Source: a virus
Virus record (IMG/VR): IMGVR_UViG_3300033182_000371
Span: 1-64,000 of that record
Length of the DNA: 64,000 nt
Direction: 5' to 3' (one strand)
Positions within the stretch are counted from its first letter, which is position 1. Each line of letters opens with the position of its first letter. A program made the position numbers and the translations under genes. This document shows, piece after piece, positions 46,684 through 56,552 of this stretch. Under the pieces are notes generated by a model that searched no databases, had not been told where the DNA came from, and saw only the letters and a program-made list of their open reading frames with translations.

Positions 46684-46884
46684 TCAATTCCCCTCAATGA
46701 ATTTCTTCATCGCGGTTGCGAGTTCAAAAATTTCTTGTTCTGTTGGGTAGGTCGGATACTCTCCAGCATCCACTCCTTGTTCTGTCAACCTGTCCCAACG
46801 ACTTTCGGCTGCGTGATATCGATTTACTAGACGCGATTCTGCGTTCTGGAAAAGATCCCAGCGCAATTCATATGGGTTAGCCAT
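46684..46884 (-). CDS. Hypothetical protein
   Basis: MANPYELR; AGGAG SD; late promoter TATAAATA at 46939-46946. Confidence 0.75.
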   Translation of the reverse strand: MANPYELRWDLFQNAESRLVNRYHAAESRWDRLTEQGVDAGEYPTYPTEQEIFELATAMKKFIEGN

Positions 46885-46971
46885 AACACTCTCCTATTCT
46901 GTGTGTGTCTGTTGGTCCACTGTATGTGAACTCGTGGTTATTTATAAGGTTTTATTGATGATCCCTCTTCA

Positions 46972-47451
46972 TCACACACCTTGTTGCTTTTTTACATGAT
47001 GAGAATTTTGCCTTGGTGTTACCCACCTCAAATTATCTACATGATTATTTGTGGGGTCATCATCAATATGATCAACATATGCCGTATCTCGAACCCACTG
47101 ACGCCATTCTTCGGGCACATCATTCCAAGTATCTTTTAAAGATGCAGGAGGATGTTGATCGATGGGTCTCCAAGTTTCCATTACTGCTCTGTGAACAGTA
47201 AGTGAAAATGATTGCGTATGTTTATTTTTTTGATGATATTGATAATCATCAAATAAATTATCTGGGATAGTAAGACTAAGAAATTGAGACTCTAATCTAT
47301 CACTTCTTTTAGAAATAATATTTCTTACCTTCATCAATTTGTTTGTCTTCAAGTTAGCAACTCTACCATCCTCAGAAACATAATAATTTGGAATAACAGT
47401 GCCATTTTTAACCAATGGCTTAAATTCTTGATTGCCAAATATATTAATCAT
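46972..47451 (-). CDS. Free-standing HNH endonuclease
   Basis: YYVSEDGRV, TVHRAV, VDHIDDDPTNNHVDNLRW. Confidence 0.9.
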   Translation of the reverse strand: MINIFGNQEFKPLVKNGTVIPNYYVSEDGRVANLKTNKLMKVRNIISKRSDRLESQFLSLTIPDNLFDDYQYHQKNKHTQSFSLTVHRAVMETWRPIDQHPPASLKDTWNDVPEEWRQWVRDTAYVDHIDDDPTNNHVDNLRWVTPRQNSHHVKKQQGV

Positions 47452-48392
47452 TTAAAGTTACACTCTACCATAATTTCAGTCAACGCCGCGAGGAGGTTGA
47501 TCTCCTGGTCGGCAACAAATGCGATCTGATACTGATACTTAGCAATAATGAGCACGGCAGCAGCAATAGAAGGGCCTTCAAGGGTGCTGTAAAGAGCATC
47601 GTAAACACGCCGCAGAAGTACACCAGGATCATTATCCAGGTTAGAAACGACCCACTTACGGACAGACTGAAAGTCCTTTTGCTTAAGTTTTTGAATGAGA
47701 TCATTTACTTTTACATCTCCAAAGGAAGCGAGAATAGCAGAGTCAATCTTACCCCCGACCGAGTAACGCTGGCACTCATTGAGCACACGACGCCAATCAG
47801 GGAAGTGCTTATTGACAAGTTCTACCAAGACCTTGTTATCATATTCAACACCTTCTGCAACCAAGATTTCTTGGAGACGCTTGAAGAAGGATGCTGCGAT
47901 TGCAGGTTTTTGGGTTCCGTTGATAGAAAACTCAACGACTGCACAACGGGAGTGAAGGGGTTCAATGATTTTGTTTTTGTAGTTGCAAGTGAAGATGAAT
48001 CTACAGTTGCCATAAAACGCCTCAATATTAGCCCGTAGGAGGAGCTGTACATCGTGGGTGGTGTTGTCAGCCTCGTCGATAATGATGACCTTGTGAGGTG
48101 CATCTGAAGAAAGTGAGACGGTCGAAGCAAAGTTCTTTGCTTGATTCCGTACAGTATCGAGAAATCTCCCTTCATCGGATCCATTGATAATAATGTAGTC
48201 ACAGTTGAGTTGCTCACACAAAGCACGAGCAATGGTGGTCTTGCCACAACCAGCAGGACCCGCAAGAAGCAGGTTAGGAATCTCTCCCTGTGCTAGGAAA
48301 TCATTGAATGTTTTCTTAGTTGATTCGGGAAGGATGCACTCATCAATAGTTTTGGGGCGATACTTTTCGACCCAGAGAAAATCACTACGCAT
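47448..48392 (-). CDS. gp44: Clamp loader large subunit (T4 gp44)
   Basis: WVEKYRP, GPAGCGKTT, IDEAD, SRC; start set at MRSDF. Confidence 0.97.
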   Translation of the reverse strand: MRSDFLWVEKYRPKTIDECILPESTKKTFNDFLAQGEIPNLLLAGPAGCGKTTIARALCEQLNCDYIIINGSDEGRFLDTVRNQAKNFASTVSLSSDAPHKVIIIDEADNTTHDVQLLLRANIEAFYGNCRFIFTCNYKNKIIEPLHSRCAVVEFSINGTQKPAIAASFFKRLQEILVAEGVEYDNKVLVELVNKHFPDWRRVLNECQRYSVGGKIDSAILASFGDVKVNDLIQKLKQKDFQSVRKWVVSNLDNDPGVLLRRVYDALYSTLEGPSIAAAVLIIAKYQYQIAFVADQEINLLAALTEIMVECNFK

Positions 48393-48579
48393 TATCAAGA
48401 ACCTCAATGTGGGACAAAAACGATGGAGGCATATTCCACCATAATACCTGGGTATCTTCCCAGTTATCAAAGATTATAAAGTCACCATCAGCTTTGACTA
48501 CTTTATAACGATGACGGAGATAAGGATCCTTGGATGTCTCAGTAAAATACCGAGAGTCATTCTTATCAATTAGTTTCAT
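48385..48579 (-). CDS. Hypothetical protein
   Basis: ORF track. Confidence 0.65.
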   Translation of the reverse strand: MKLIDKNDSRYFTETSKDPYLRHRYKVVKADGDFIIFDNWEDTQVLWWNMPPSFLSHIEVLDNA

Positions 48580-49124
48580 ATCAAATTGAATGAAATAATC
48601 ACACGCTCCTCTTCGCTGTCATGCGGTGGTGCCATGTGCATTAGGTTCGATGGGAAAATTACCATGTCCCCTTCACTACAAGGAAAAGAAGAACACTGGT
48701 GAGTTCCTGTCTCGTCATTGAATGGCGAGAAGAAGAGAGTGCTCGGGTGTTCTGCATTCATTTTAGCATACAAAACACACGAATACCCCATACATCCATG
48801 ATCATGTGGAGTATGATAATCTCTTGCACTATACTTTTGGCACCACATATTTGCAATGCCTTTGAACTTATACTCAGCAATTTTATGAAATTCTGAGAGA
48901 TATGGTTCTACAATTTTAATAACAGCATCTTGATACTCTGGTGTTTTGAACTCAAAGTAGTCAGTGTACTTGATATGCTTTTCTGCATTGTTTGTTTCGG
49001 GGATCATACCTAAGATATGATCCCGTTCTTTTGCCCACTCTTTTACATTGAAGTGAAAGACTGAAACTGTGAATAAGTCAACCTTCGTAAGTTGAGTCGG
49101 GTTCAAGTGCGATGTAGTAGTCAA
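48576..49124 (-). CDS. 2OG-Fe(II) oxygenase-like protein (TIGR02466-like)
   Basis: PHDH, EGDMVIFPSNLMH, RVIISFN; start uncertain. Confidence 0.8.
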   Translation of the reverse strand: MTTTSHLNPTQLTKVDLFTVSVFHFNVKEWAKERDHILGMIPETNNAEKHIKYTDYFEFKTPEYQDAVIKIVEPYLSEFHKIAEYKFKGIANMWCQKYSARDYHTPHDHGCMGYSCVLYAKMNAEHPSTLFFSPFNDETGTHQCSSFPCSEGDMVIFPSNLMHMAPPHDSEEERVIISFNLI

Positions 49125-49749
49125 GGTTGTAACTGTGATTGGTGAACTTGGAAAGCAATTTCTTAGAGATTACAACATCATAAGAACCAGGAATCAATTT
49201 AATGTTCTCGATCTTGAAGTTGAATTCAAAGGTCTTGTCAGTTTTACCAACGGTCAGGGCAAACTCATTAGAGTTATCGTTCTTCTTATCACGAACCATC
49301 AGGGTGATGGTTTCGCCGTCACCAACAGCAGCAAGGTCAGGCAACTGGTAGACAGAGGATGCCTTCAGCAGTTTCTGCAGTTGAGCACTTTCAAGTTGGA
49401 AGCAAACATCTTGAGAAGGAAGAGTGATTGCTTTCTCGGGAGGAGTGATAATGACCTCAGGATCAGCAAAGGCAAACTTGACCTTAGTAGTCTTACCCTC
49501 ACGGATGATCATGTAAGAGTCATGCTTGAGGTCGATGTCAGGATCGTTCATCAGACCCACACCGTTCAGGAACTGAGGTAGGTCATAGATACCAAAGTCC
49601 TTTTCAAAGTTCTCGTCGATATCTGCTTCTGCGAGAATGTTCTTCATCACCGAGATAGTGCGAAGTTTAGATCCTTTCTTCACCAGAATAGACTGGTTAA
49701 TAGAAGAAAAGTTTTCGAGAAGGTCAATAGTTTTTTCAGAAAGTTTCAT
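49078..49749 (-). CDS. gp45: Sliding clamp (T4 gp45)
   Basis: MKLSEKT..LENFSSIN, FGIYDL, YYIALE. Confidence 0.97.
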   Translation of the reverse strand: MKLSEKTIDLLENFSSINQSILVKKGSKLRTISVMKNILAEADIDENFEKDFGIYDLPQFLNGVGLMNDPDIDLKHDSYMIIREGKTTKVKFAFADPEVIITPPEKAITLPSQDVCFQLESAQLQKLLKASSVYQLPDLAAVGDGETITLMVRDKKNDNSNEFALTVGKTDKTFEFNFKIENIKLIPGSYDVVISKKLLSKFTNHSYNLDYYIALEPDSTYEG

Positions 49750-50182
49750 ATCCACGCTCAGTAGTCTCCTTGTCTAGTCCAGCGAAGTGATAAAGAAGAA
49801 CAGCATAGTGAATGATCTTCTTGATGTCCATTTTAGCAGATCCCTTCTTATCGTAGCGGGATGCATACTTTAAAATATTGCTACGGCAGAAAGCAGCAGC
49901 ATCTCCACAGGAGTCAATCAGATCAAGAGTCTGAGTGCCGCTGCCAGAGTTATAGTGAGCACGATAGGTCTCACTAATATAATCCTTCACTTCTTGAAGG
50001 ATTTTGTCTTCATTGTATTTGTACACAGAGTTGTTAGGGGTTGTAATCTTAAGTTCAACAGCTGTTGCGTAATCAGGACTGTTAGAAGCAGGAGTCCATT
50101 CGTAACCGCCATTGGCAGCAATAAATGCCTGTTCGTCTTCAGGACCGTACATTTCGTCGTATAAAAAAGACCATGCTGTCAT
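49736..50182 (-). CDS. DUF3310-like phage protein
   Basis: HY...DLI...FCRSNILKYASRYDKKG...DIKKIIHY. Confidence 0.75.
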   Translation of the reverse strand: MTAWSFLYDEMYGPEDEQAFIAANGGYEWTPASNSPDYATAVELKITTPNNSVYKYNEDKILQEVKDYISETYRAHYNSGSGTQTLDLIDSCGDAAAFCRSNILKYASRYDKKGSAKMDIKKIIHYAVLLYHFAGLDKETTERGYETF

Positions 50183-50194
50183 TGTAGCATCTCC

Positions 50195-50797
50195 TCAATG
50201 AAATTGCAAATCAAAAATATTGAAACTCATTGTAATTCGAGTTACATCACTTGTAAAGGGATACACGCAATGCTTTAGATCTGCAGGGAAGACGAATATC
50301 TGTCCCGTCTTTGGAGTAATTTTGTACGATCCGTTCGACATAAAACTCTTAGGACCATAAACAAATTCCAACATTCCAGGAGAAGGACAATTTGTTTTGT
50401 CTTCCCAGAAGACATGTTCTTTTTCTATTTCTTCTGGAATGTCAATGAATATTACTGCACTGAGAACTCCATCATGAACATGTATTGGATTAAACTCATG
50501 CTTCTTTTGATAGTTAATCCAAGGACCATTTCCAAGATCATATGAAATCGAATCGGGTGGTTCTCTGTCACCATATCTTTTGAAGTTACTATCAACATAT
50601 TCTTTTATATGAGGATAGATGTAATCAACAAAAGTATTTGGTTGCAGTACAGCAGTTCTTTGATTTACTATGTTTCCTGCCAGATCGGATATGTGACTTG
50701 CATCTACAGAATTCTGAGCACCTTCTTTAAGGAAGGAAAGAAACTCCTCAGATATATCTGCGACATATAGTGAAGGACCAAAAGGATTAATCAGCAT
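50195..50797 (-). CDS. 2OG-Fe(II) oxygenase-like protein (TIGR02466-like)
   Basis: WINYQ, NPIHVH, FPADLKH, RITMSFN. Confidence 0.85.
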   Translation of the reverse strand: MLINPFGPSLYVADISEEFLSFLKEGAQNSVDASHISDLAGNIVNQRTAVLQPNTFVDYIYPHIKEYVDSNFKRYGDREPPDSISYDLGNGPWINYQKKHEFNPIHVHDGVLSAVIFIDIPEEIEKEHVFWEDKTNCPSPGMLEFVYGPKSFMSNGSYKITPKTGQIFVFPADLKHCVYPFTSDVTRITMSFNIFDLQFH

Positions 50798-51909
50798 CAG
50801 GAAAGGTCTCCCACAGAACTTTCTTGTACTCCTTCCACAGGTTTTGCGAAATCGACATCTGCATCAACTTTATCGTAAAGGTCAAGGAAAGCACTCTTGG
50901 TCTCATCGTCAAAACGATTCAAGCAAACTTCAATTGCTTTTTGCTTGTCATTCCAGATGGAGAATGCACGAACAATGTGAACAAGACGACGAGTAGAGAT
51001 GATTTCATCAACGCCACCATCGTAGAAAGTCTTACGAATGATGTCTGCCCAGTCAGTCAGACGCTTACAGAAATCACGATCTTCCATACCAAGATCCAGA
51101 GAAATACCTTCAAGGATTTTCTGTTCGGTCTTAGGAGTCGGATACTCCTGCTCAAAGGTCACAGGGAAACGCTCTAGGAATGCTTCGTTCAGAACATTAG
51201 TGCCAATGAAACGACCGTCATCAGAACCCTTACCTTTGGTATTGGCAGTAGCAATGACATTGAAACCAGCAGCAGGAGTCACTTGCTTACCGATTTTCTT
51301 CAAGAAGACACCCTTACCTTCCAGAATAGATTGCAGGCACAGGATCTTGTTGGAAGCAAGGTCGATTTCGTCTAGAAGCAGCACAGCTCCGCGTGAAAGA
51401 GCCTCCACGACGGGTCCATTATGCCAGACAGTTTCGCCATTAACAAGACGAAACCCACCAATAAGATCATCCTCGTCAGTCTCAATGGTGATGTTCACAC
51501 GAATGAGCTCCCTATTTAGTTGAGCACATGCCTGCTCTACGCTAAAGGTCTTACCGTTACCAGAGAGACCAGTGATAAAAGCAGGGTAAAAGATACCAGA
51601 CTGAATAATCTTTTTAATATCTGCAAAGTTACCAAACTTGACGAAGGTATCATCTTTTTGAGGTACGAGATTTTGTTGTTCCTGAGCAGGAACAATTGCA
51701 GCAGGTGACTGGTAGGTTTGCTCCATTTGTTCCCGAACGGTAAGGTCCCAAACACCACGCTTAACTTTGAATTGCTCAAGTTTCTTGGTGGCGGTGGGAT
51801 AAGAAATACCTTGGGCAGCACAATACCCACGGACATCAGCAGCAGTGATGTGGTCTCCGAAGGAATCACGGAGAGAGTTGATCAGGTGTTCAGAAGTCAA
51901 GCGAGACAT
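50797..51909 (-). CDS. cobS: MoxR/CobS-like AAA+ ATPase
   Basis: GLSGNGKT, LLDEID, ATANTKG, EAFLERF, STRRL. Confidence 0.92.
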   Translation of the reverse strand: MSRLTSEHLINSLRDSFGDHITAADVRGYCAAQGISYPTATKKLEQFKVKRGVWDLTVREQMEQTYQSPAAIVPAQEQQNLVPQKDDTFVKFGNFADIKKIIQSGIFYPAFITGLSGNGKTFSVEQACAQLNRELIRVNITIETDEDDLIGGFRLVNGETVWHNGPVVEALSRGAVLLLDEIDLASNKILCLQSILEGKGVFLKKIGKQVTPAAGFNVIATANTKGKGSDDGRFIGTNVLNEAFLERFPVTFEQEYPTPKTEQKILEGISLDLGMEDRDFCKRLTDWADIIRKTFYDGGVDEIISTRRLVHIVRAFSIWNDKQKAIEVCLNRFDDETKSAFLDLYDKVDADVDFAKPVEGVQESSVGDLS

Positions 51910-51979
51910 TAGATTTCCTTTGGTATGTATACATTATAGCGTGGGGGTGGTGGTTCACCGACCCCCTGTGGACAGTTTG

Positions 51980-54100
51980 TCAGGCGACCAACGCAATGAA
52001 CTCGTTCAACACACGCTTGTTCATTTTCTTATTCGCTAGAGACTTCCTAAAAGCACTCTTAATTTGAGACTTAGATGCATCATCAGATACTTCAAATTCA
52101 GAACTTTGAGAAAGAACTTGATTGCCAAGAACAATGTAAGAATTATATCCATAATCCTTAATGGTGAAGGATTTTTCTTTCTTCCATTGAGTACGAGCTT
52201 TCTCTTGATCCAAGTACTCAGGAATATAAGAGTAGATCATAGAGTTGTAACTACATCCAGGTCCAATGATACGGAACCCAACAAAGTTAACTTCGGAAAA
52301 TGTTGACTTAAGATCATCAAGGAGTGCTTTGGTGAAAAGGTGATAGATCATTGACAGACGAGTAATTTCTCCAGTCTTGTGATTACGCAAGAAAGTTTGA
52401 TCAGTACACCGACGATTACGAATCTGTGCTTCTCCTTCCCAGTTACGCTGAAGCATTACAGTACGAGAAAGTGGAGATGCTTCACCATCAGTCAAAATAA
52501 CACAATTAACCTTTTCAAGACCATGCATTTTCTTGAAACTAGGAATAATTTTATGAAGAGTTAGCAGTGCTTCATTCAAAGGAGTGCCAGAAAGATACAT
52601 CCGAGGAGGACAAACCCCAGAATAATCAGTGAATGAATGTGCAATATTCCAAATGTTCTTCATTTGCTGTTCAGCAACAGCATTACTCACCTTACTAGTG
52701 AGAATATTCATCATAGAAAAAGAATCTCCAATATGAAATTTGTCTTCCTCAAGAGGAAGAGTGGGAAATTCCTTTGCCCTGTAATTCCACTCATTAGTGA
52801 AAGCAAATACATCATATGGAATACCAACCTTCCTACAGAACCAGATCAAGTTATACAGTTGCTTGAGAGTAGAGACAAGAACATCCGCCATAGATCCAGA
52901 CCAGTCAAGCACAAATACCAGACCATGATTCTTGCCGTCAGGAATGACGGTTACTTTTTTGAAGAGGTCTTCATTGTACTTGTAGGTATGAAGTTTGGAA
53001 CAGTCAAGAACACCAGTGCGAGAAGTAGTAGCACGAGCATATGCAGCAGCAGACTTCTTACATTCAAATTCTTTCACAAGATAGTTGACTTCTTTTGCAG
53101 ATTCTTTTTTGAACTTGACATAGTTGTCATGATGAATCCCAGCAAGACGCTCAATAAATTCCAGAGACCGTCCCCTCCACTCATCCCAAACAGATTCAAT
53201 ATACTCATGAATCTCTTTGGTGGGAATAATAATATGCTCCATATCCATGCTAGGAATAGAAACATATGAAATGAAGTTGTCACTAGTATCAGCAAGTTCA
53301 CGCAACTTATCTGCTAGTGAGTCAACAGTTTTAGTTTCATTCTCATTGACAGCAGTGTTGTTTTCTTCTGAAAGGTTACCGTCCTCTTCAGACTCAGATT
53401 CTTCTGACTTGTCCTCTCCTTCACCACTGTCCTCAGAATCGCCAGCAGGAGTCTCCTGCTGCTGAGGCATTGATTGCATACCCTCTCCACCATCAGAACC
53501 CGTTGCAGACGATTGTGGTGGGGTGACAGGTTCGGTTTCAGACGAAGTAAACTCATCAGCATACTCACTAATCATACGAGCAGCATCTAGAGCATCATCA
53601 AAGGACTCTGCATTGGCAACTGCATTAATGATTTGCATTTCCCTGTCGTTCTTAACAGGGACTTTGATGTAATTACCAATCTTGAACCAGAGATTTACGC
53701 GATCAGCGAAAGAGAACTTGTTAAGATCTTCTCCCTCCAGTTCAAAGAAATCTTGATCTTGGAGATTGGAGTACCCACGATAGAAAGTTTTGCTCAGACC
53801 AGCATAACGACGCTTGATCAATTTCTCAATGCGAGCATCCTCAGTGATGTTCACAAAGTTTTGAGGAACATTCTTCCACTTCTCTTCTTTATCCCAAGGA
53901 CGAGGGTCAGTGAACAATGCATGACCAACCTCATGTGCAACGAGGAGATCATACACATCCTCAGAGGAGATCTTCCAAACAGGGAGAGTCAGGACACGAC
54001 GAACGACATCAAACTGAGCGGTCTCTACATTGCGGTGCTCGATGATCAGGTTCTCAGTAGCGAGCAGTTTAGCAAGTTTGCCTTTGACTTCGTGCAGCAT
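51980..54100 (-). CDS. Metallopeptidase-vWA (CobT-like) protein
   Basis: HEVGH, acidic linker, MIDAS LDWSGSM, GTPL, LTDGE. Confidence 0.85.
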   Translation of the reverse strand: MLHEVKGKLAKLLATENLIIEHRNVETAQFDVVRRVLTLPVWKISSEDVYDLLVAHEVGHALFTDPRPWDKEEKWKNVPQNFVNITEDARIEKLIKRRYAGLSKTFYRGYSNLQDQDFFELEGEDLNKFSFADRVNLWFKIGNYIKVPVKNDREMQIINAVANAESFDDALDAARMISEYADEFTSSETEPVTPPQSSATGSDGGEGMQSMPQQQETPAGDSEDSGEGEDKSEESESEEDGNLSEENNTAVNENETKTVDSLADKLRELADTSDNFISYVSIPSMDMEHIIIPTKEIHEYIESVWDEWRGRSLEFIERLAGIHHDNYVKFKKESAKEVNYLVKEFECKKSAAAYARATTSRTGVLDCSKLHTYKYNEDLFKKVTVIPDGKNHGLVFVLDWSGSMADVLVSTLKQLYNLIWFCRKVGIPYDVFAFTNEWNYRAKEFPTLPLEEDKFHIGDSFSMMNILTSKVSNAVAEQQMKNIWNIAHSFTDYSGVCPPRMYLSGTPLNEALLTLHKIIPSFKKMHGLEKVNCVILTDGEASPLSRTVMLQRNWEGEAQIRNRRCTDQTFLRNHKTGEITRLSMIYHLFTKALLDDLKSTFSEVNFVGFRIIGPGCSYNSMIYSYIPEYLDQEKARTQWKKEKSFTIKDYGYNSYIVLGNQVLSQSSEFEVSDDASKSQIKSAFRKSLANKKMNKRVLNEFIALVA

Positions 54101-54269
54101 GGATCTCCTCCTGTATGCACCTATTATAAAACCCCTGGCGTTTGCCAGAGGTTTGCATGTGACACTTTTTAAAGTGTCTTAGCCTCGCCTTTGCCTGGCG
54201 AAGTGCTTGTGGTTTTAGTTTGCGCTTTTGTTCTTTCTTGGAGTGGTGTTGCCAGTTTGGAGTGTTCAT
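54069..54269 (-). CDS. Small basic hypothetical protein
   Basis: PNWQHHSKKEQKRKLKPQALRQAK; 3' end overlaps the next promoter and gene. Confidence 0.55.
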   Translation of the reverse strand: MNTPNWQHHSKKEQKRKLKPQALRQAKARLRHFKKCHMQTSGKRQGFYNRCIQEEIHAARSQRQTC

Positions 54270-54291
54270 GGCACTATGCGAGAGAATCTTT

Positions 54292-54822
54292 TTATCTTAT
54301 CATACAAGCAACCGTCACTCTCCAAAATGGAGTATCTACTTTGATCGGAAGAGCATCATGCAGTTCATTTGATCTGAACACAACAAAATCTCCAGGTTCA
54401 AAAGTATATATACGATCTTCGATTTGTAGTTCTCCGCCCCAGGAAGGATCCCATTGAGGTGATAAGAATCCAACGATGCTCCAAGTATACTTTCCCTTAG
54501 CATCACCGTCAGTATGGAACAAAGAGATGTTACCCTTTCTCTGTGCATTGAATCCTACTGCACCAAGACCACCAACGGGAAGAACAAATCCATACTCTTC
54601 CTCAATCTGGTCCCTAATCCTACTCATCAGAGATACGAAGTATCCAGCAAGGAAGGGACTGTGGATACCATTAGCATCCATGGCAACTGCCCTTGGATAA
54701 TGAGTGAGAGGATCATCACTGCCAGCATAGGCACCACCGATCTTCCAGATCGATTCTCCCATTAAGTGACCATATAACTGATCGATGTCACCTTTACTTA
54801 AAACATTTTTCGCAATGTACAT
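54292..54822 (-). CDS. 2OG-Fe(II) oxygenase
   Basis: FHTD, WGGEL, PGDFVVF...LH, RVTV. Confidence 0.87.
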   Translation of the reverse strand: MYIAKNVLSKGDIDQLYGHLMGESIWKIGGAYAGSDDPLTHYPRAVAMDANGIHSPFLAGYFVSLMSRIRDQIEEEYGFVLPVGGLGAVGFNAQRKGNISLFHTDGDAKGKYTWSIVGFLSPQWDPSWGGELQIEDRIYTFEPGDFVVFRSNELHDALPIKVDTPFWRVTVACMIR

Positions 54823-56552
54823 TATCCATTAACCAAAGATTTTTCAGACATGTAAGAGAATCCACCCTTCTTGGAGAACTCAATTACATTATTAAATTTA
54901 TCTAGCATATCTCCTTTATGAGATATGACAAAAGTGTTTGCGTCTTGAATGACATACCTGATAATCTTGGTAAACTCATCTGTACCAACAGTATCAAGTG
55001 AACTGTCAAACACTTCATCTAGGATGAGAAGATTTGTGTTTGCCGAGTTTTTGAACCTGGCAACTTCTCTCCAAGCGAAAAGAAGTGCCAGGTCAATTCT
55101 CATCTTCTCCCCCTCAGAAAACGAGGAATAGGTGAACTTGTCGTGAACAGGACTTTGAATGGTCTCGTTAAACTCTTCATCAAGATGGAAGTTAATATAA
55201 AAGTCCATCATCTGAAGATAACGGTTAACTTGCTTATTGATGAGAGGAAGATACTTTTTGATTATCTTTGCTTTTACTCCGCCGTCCTTAAGGAGCGAGT
55301 ACGCGAAATCGTTGTATTTTACTTCCTCGTTCTTTTCAGCAAGTTTCCCGTAGATTATTTGGAGATCATTCTTGAATCCTTCTAACTTCTCATGCTCAGA
55401 ATTTCTGTTTTGTAGCTGACTGGTAAGAATTTGAATTTCTGATTGTAGATCTCCGACCTGTCGCTGATACCCAGCAATCCGAACATTGTTTTGAGAAATG
55501 TCATGCGTTAGACTAGTAACCTCCGAGGACAGTTTAGTGAAAAGACGCTCTCTGTTCTCTTCCTCTTTTATCGACTCCTCCAGTTTTGTGAAACCTTCTT
55601 TGAGTTCCTTTGCCTTATTTTGAGCGTCTTTAATTTTATTTAGACGGAATTCCTCTTCAATCGACTGAGTACAAGTTGGGCATACCGTATTCTCAGTAAA
55701 GAACTGATGTTCTCTGGTAATGGTTGTAACTTTCTGTGAGATTTTGCCTCTAAGATTACCTAATTTGCGAAGTTGTTGTGTGGAATTCTTGACACCCTCC
55801 ATCTCCACAGAAAGAGATTCAATCTGTTTAGAGAGATCCTCATTTTTTTCATTAAGAAGATTACTATCAAGAGTAAGTTTTTCAATCTTAGACTTATCTT
55901 CTTCGATTCTAGTCTTGTGACGATTCTCCAGGTCCTCAATGAACCCTTCTTGCATCTTAATCTTATCCTTGATGTTTTCTTTCTTCAAGGTTAGACTCTT
56001 GATGACTTCCTTAGACTGCCGTATTTCCTCCTTGAGGATGTTATTCATGGCAGAGAAGATACGAATATCCAAAAGGTCTTCGATGACCTCTCTACGGTGC
56101 GCCTGGGCGAGCTGCATGAATGGCACGAAGTTGCTGCTACCCAGAATCACAATCTGAGTAAAAGACTTATAGTTGAGTTTGAGGATTTGTTCTTCTAGAA
56201 TCTTTTGGTTAGAGCGATCATCTGCCTCCTTATTTCTCATCTCGCCGTTCACAAGGATGTCAAACACATTAGGTTTGATACCACGACGAACAAGATAATT
56301 CTTAGGACCAACAGAGAACTCAACTTCTACTAGGCACCCCTTTTCGTTGGTGCTATTTACAAGTTGGGGTTTGTTAATTTTACGATATGGTTTGTTGAAC
56401 AGAGAGAAACACAAAGCATCGAGCATTGTGGACTTACCTGCACCATTAGTTCCAACAATCAGAGTCGTAGAAGATTTATTCAGAGAAATTTCAGTCCACT
56501 GATCGCCAGTAGAAAGAAAATTCTTCCACCTAATTTTTTCAAATGTTATCAT
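54822..56552 (-). CDS. gp46: Recombination endonuclease ATPase subunit (T4 gp46, Rad50/SbcC-like)
   Basis: GTNGAGKS, CPTC zinc hook, FSEGE, LDEVFD. Confidence 0.97.
   Translation of the reverse strand: MITFEKIRWKNFLSTGDQWTEISLNKSSTTLIVGTNGAGKSTMLDALCFSLFNKPYRKINKPQLVNSTNEKGCLVEVEFSVGPKNYLVRRGIKPNVFDILVNGEMRNKEADDRSNQKILEEQILKLNYKSFTQIVILGSSNFVPFMQLAQAHRREVIEDLLDIRIFSAMNNILKEEIRQSKEVIKSLTLKKENIKDKIKMQEGFIEDLENRHKTRIEEDKSKIEKLTLDSNLLNEKNEDLSKQIESLSVEMEGVKNSTQQLRKLGNLRGKISQKVTTITREHQFFTENTVCPTCTQSIEEEFRLNKIKDAQNKAKELKEGFTKLEESIKEEENRERLFTKLSSEVTSLTHDISQNNVRIAGYQRQVGDLQSEIQILTSQLQNRNSEHEKLEGFKNDLQIIYGKLAEKNEEVKYNDFAYSLLKDGGVKAKIIKKYLPLINKQVNRYLQMMDFYINFHLDEEFNETIQSPVHDKFTYSSFSEGEKMRIDLALLFAWREVARFKNSANTNLLILDEVFDSSLDTVGTDEFTKIIRYVIQDANTFVISHKGDMLDKFNNVIEFSKKGGFSYMSEKSLVNG

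Noticed and set aside
50797-51909. cobS as evidence of phage cobalamin biosynthesis
   Set aside because: No other cob genes in the window; context fits a MoxR-vWA pair.
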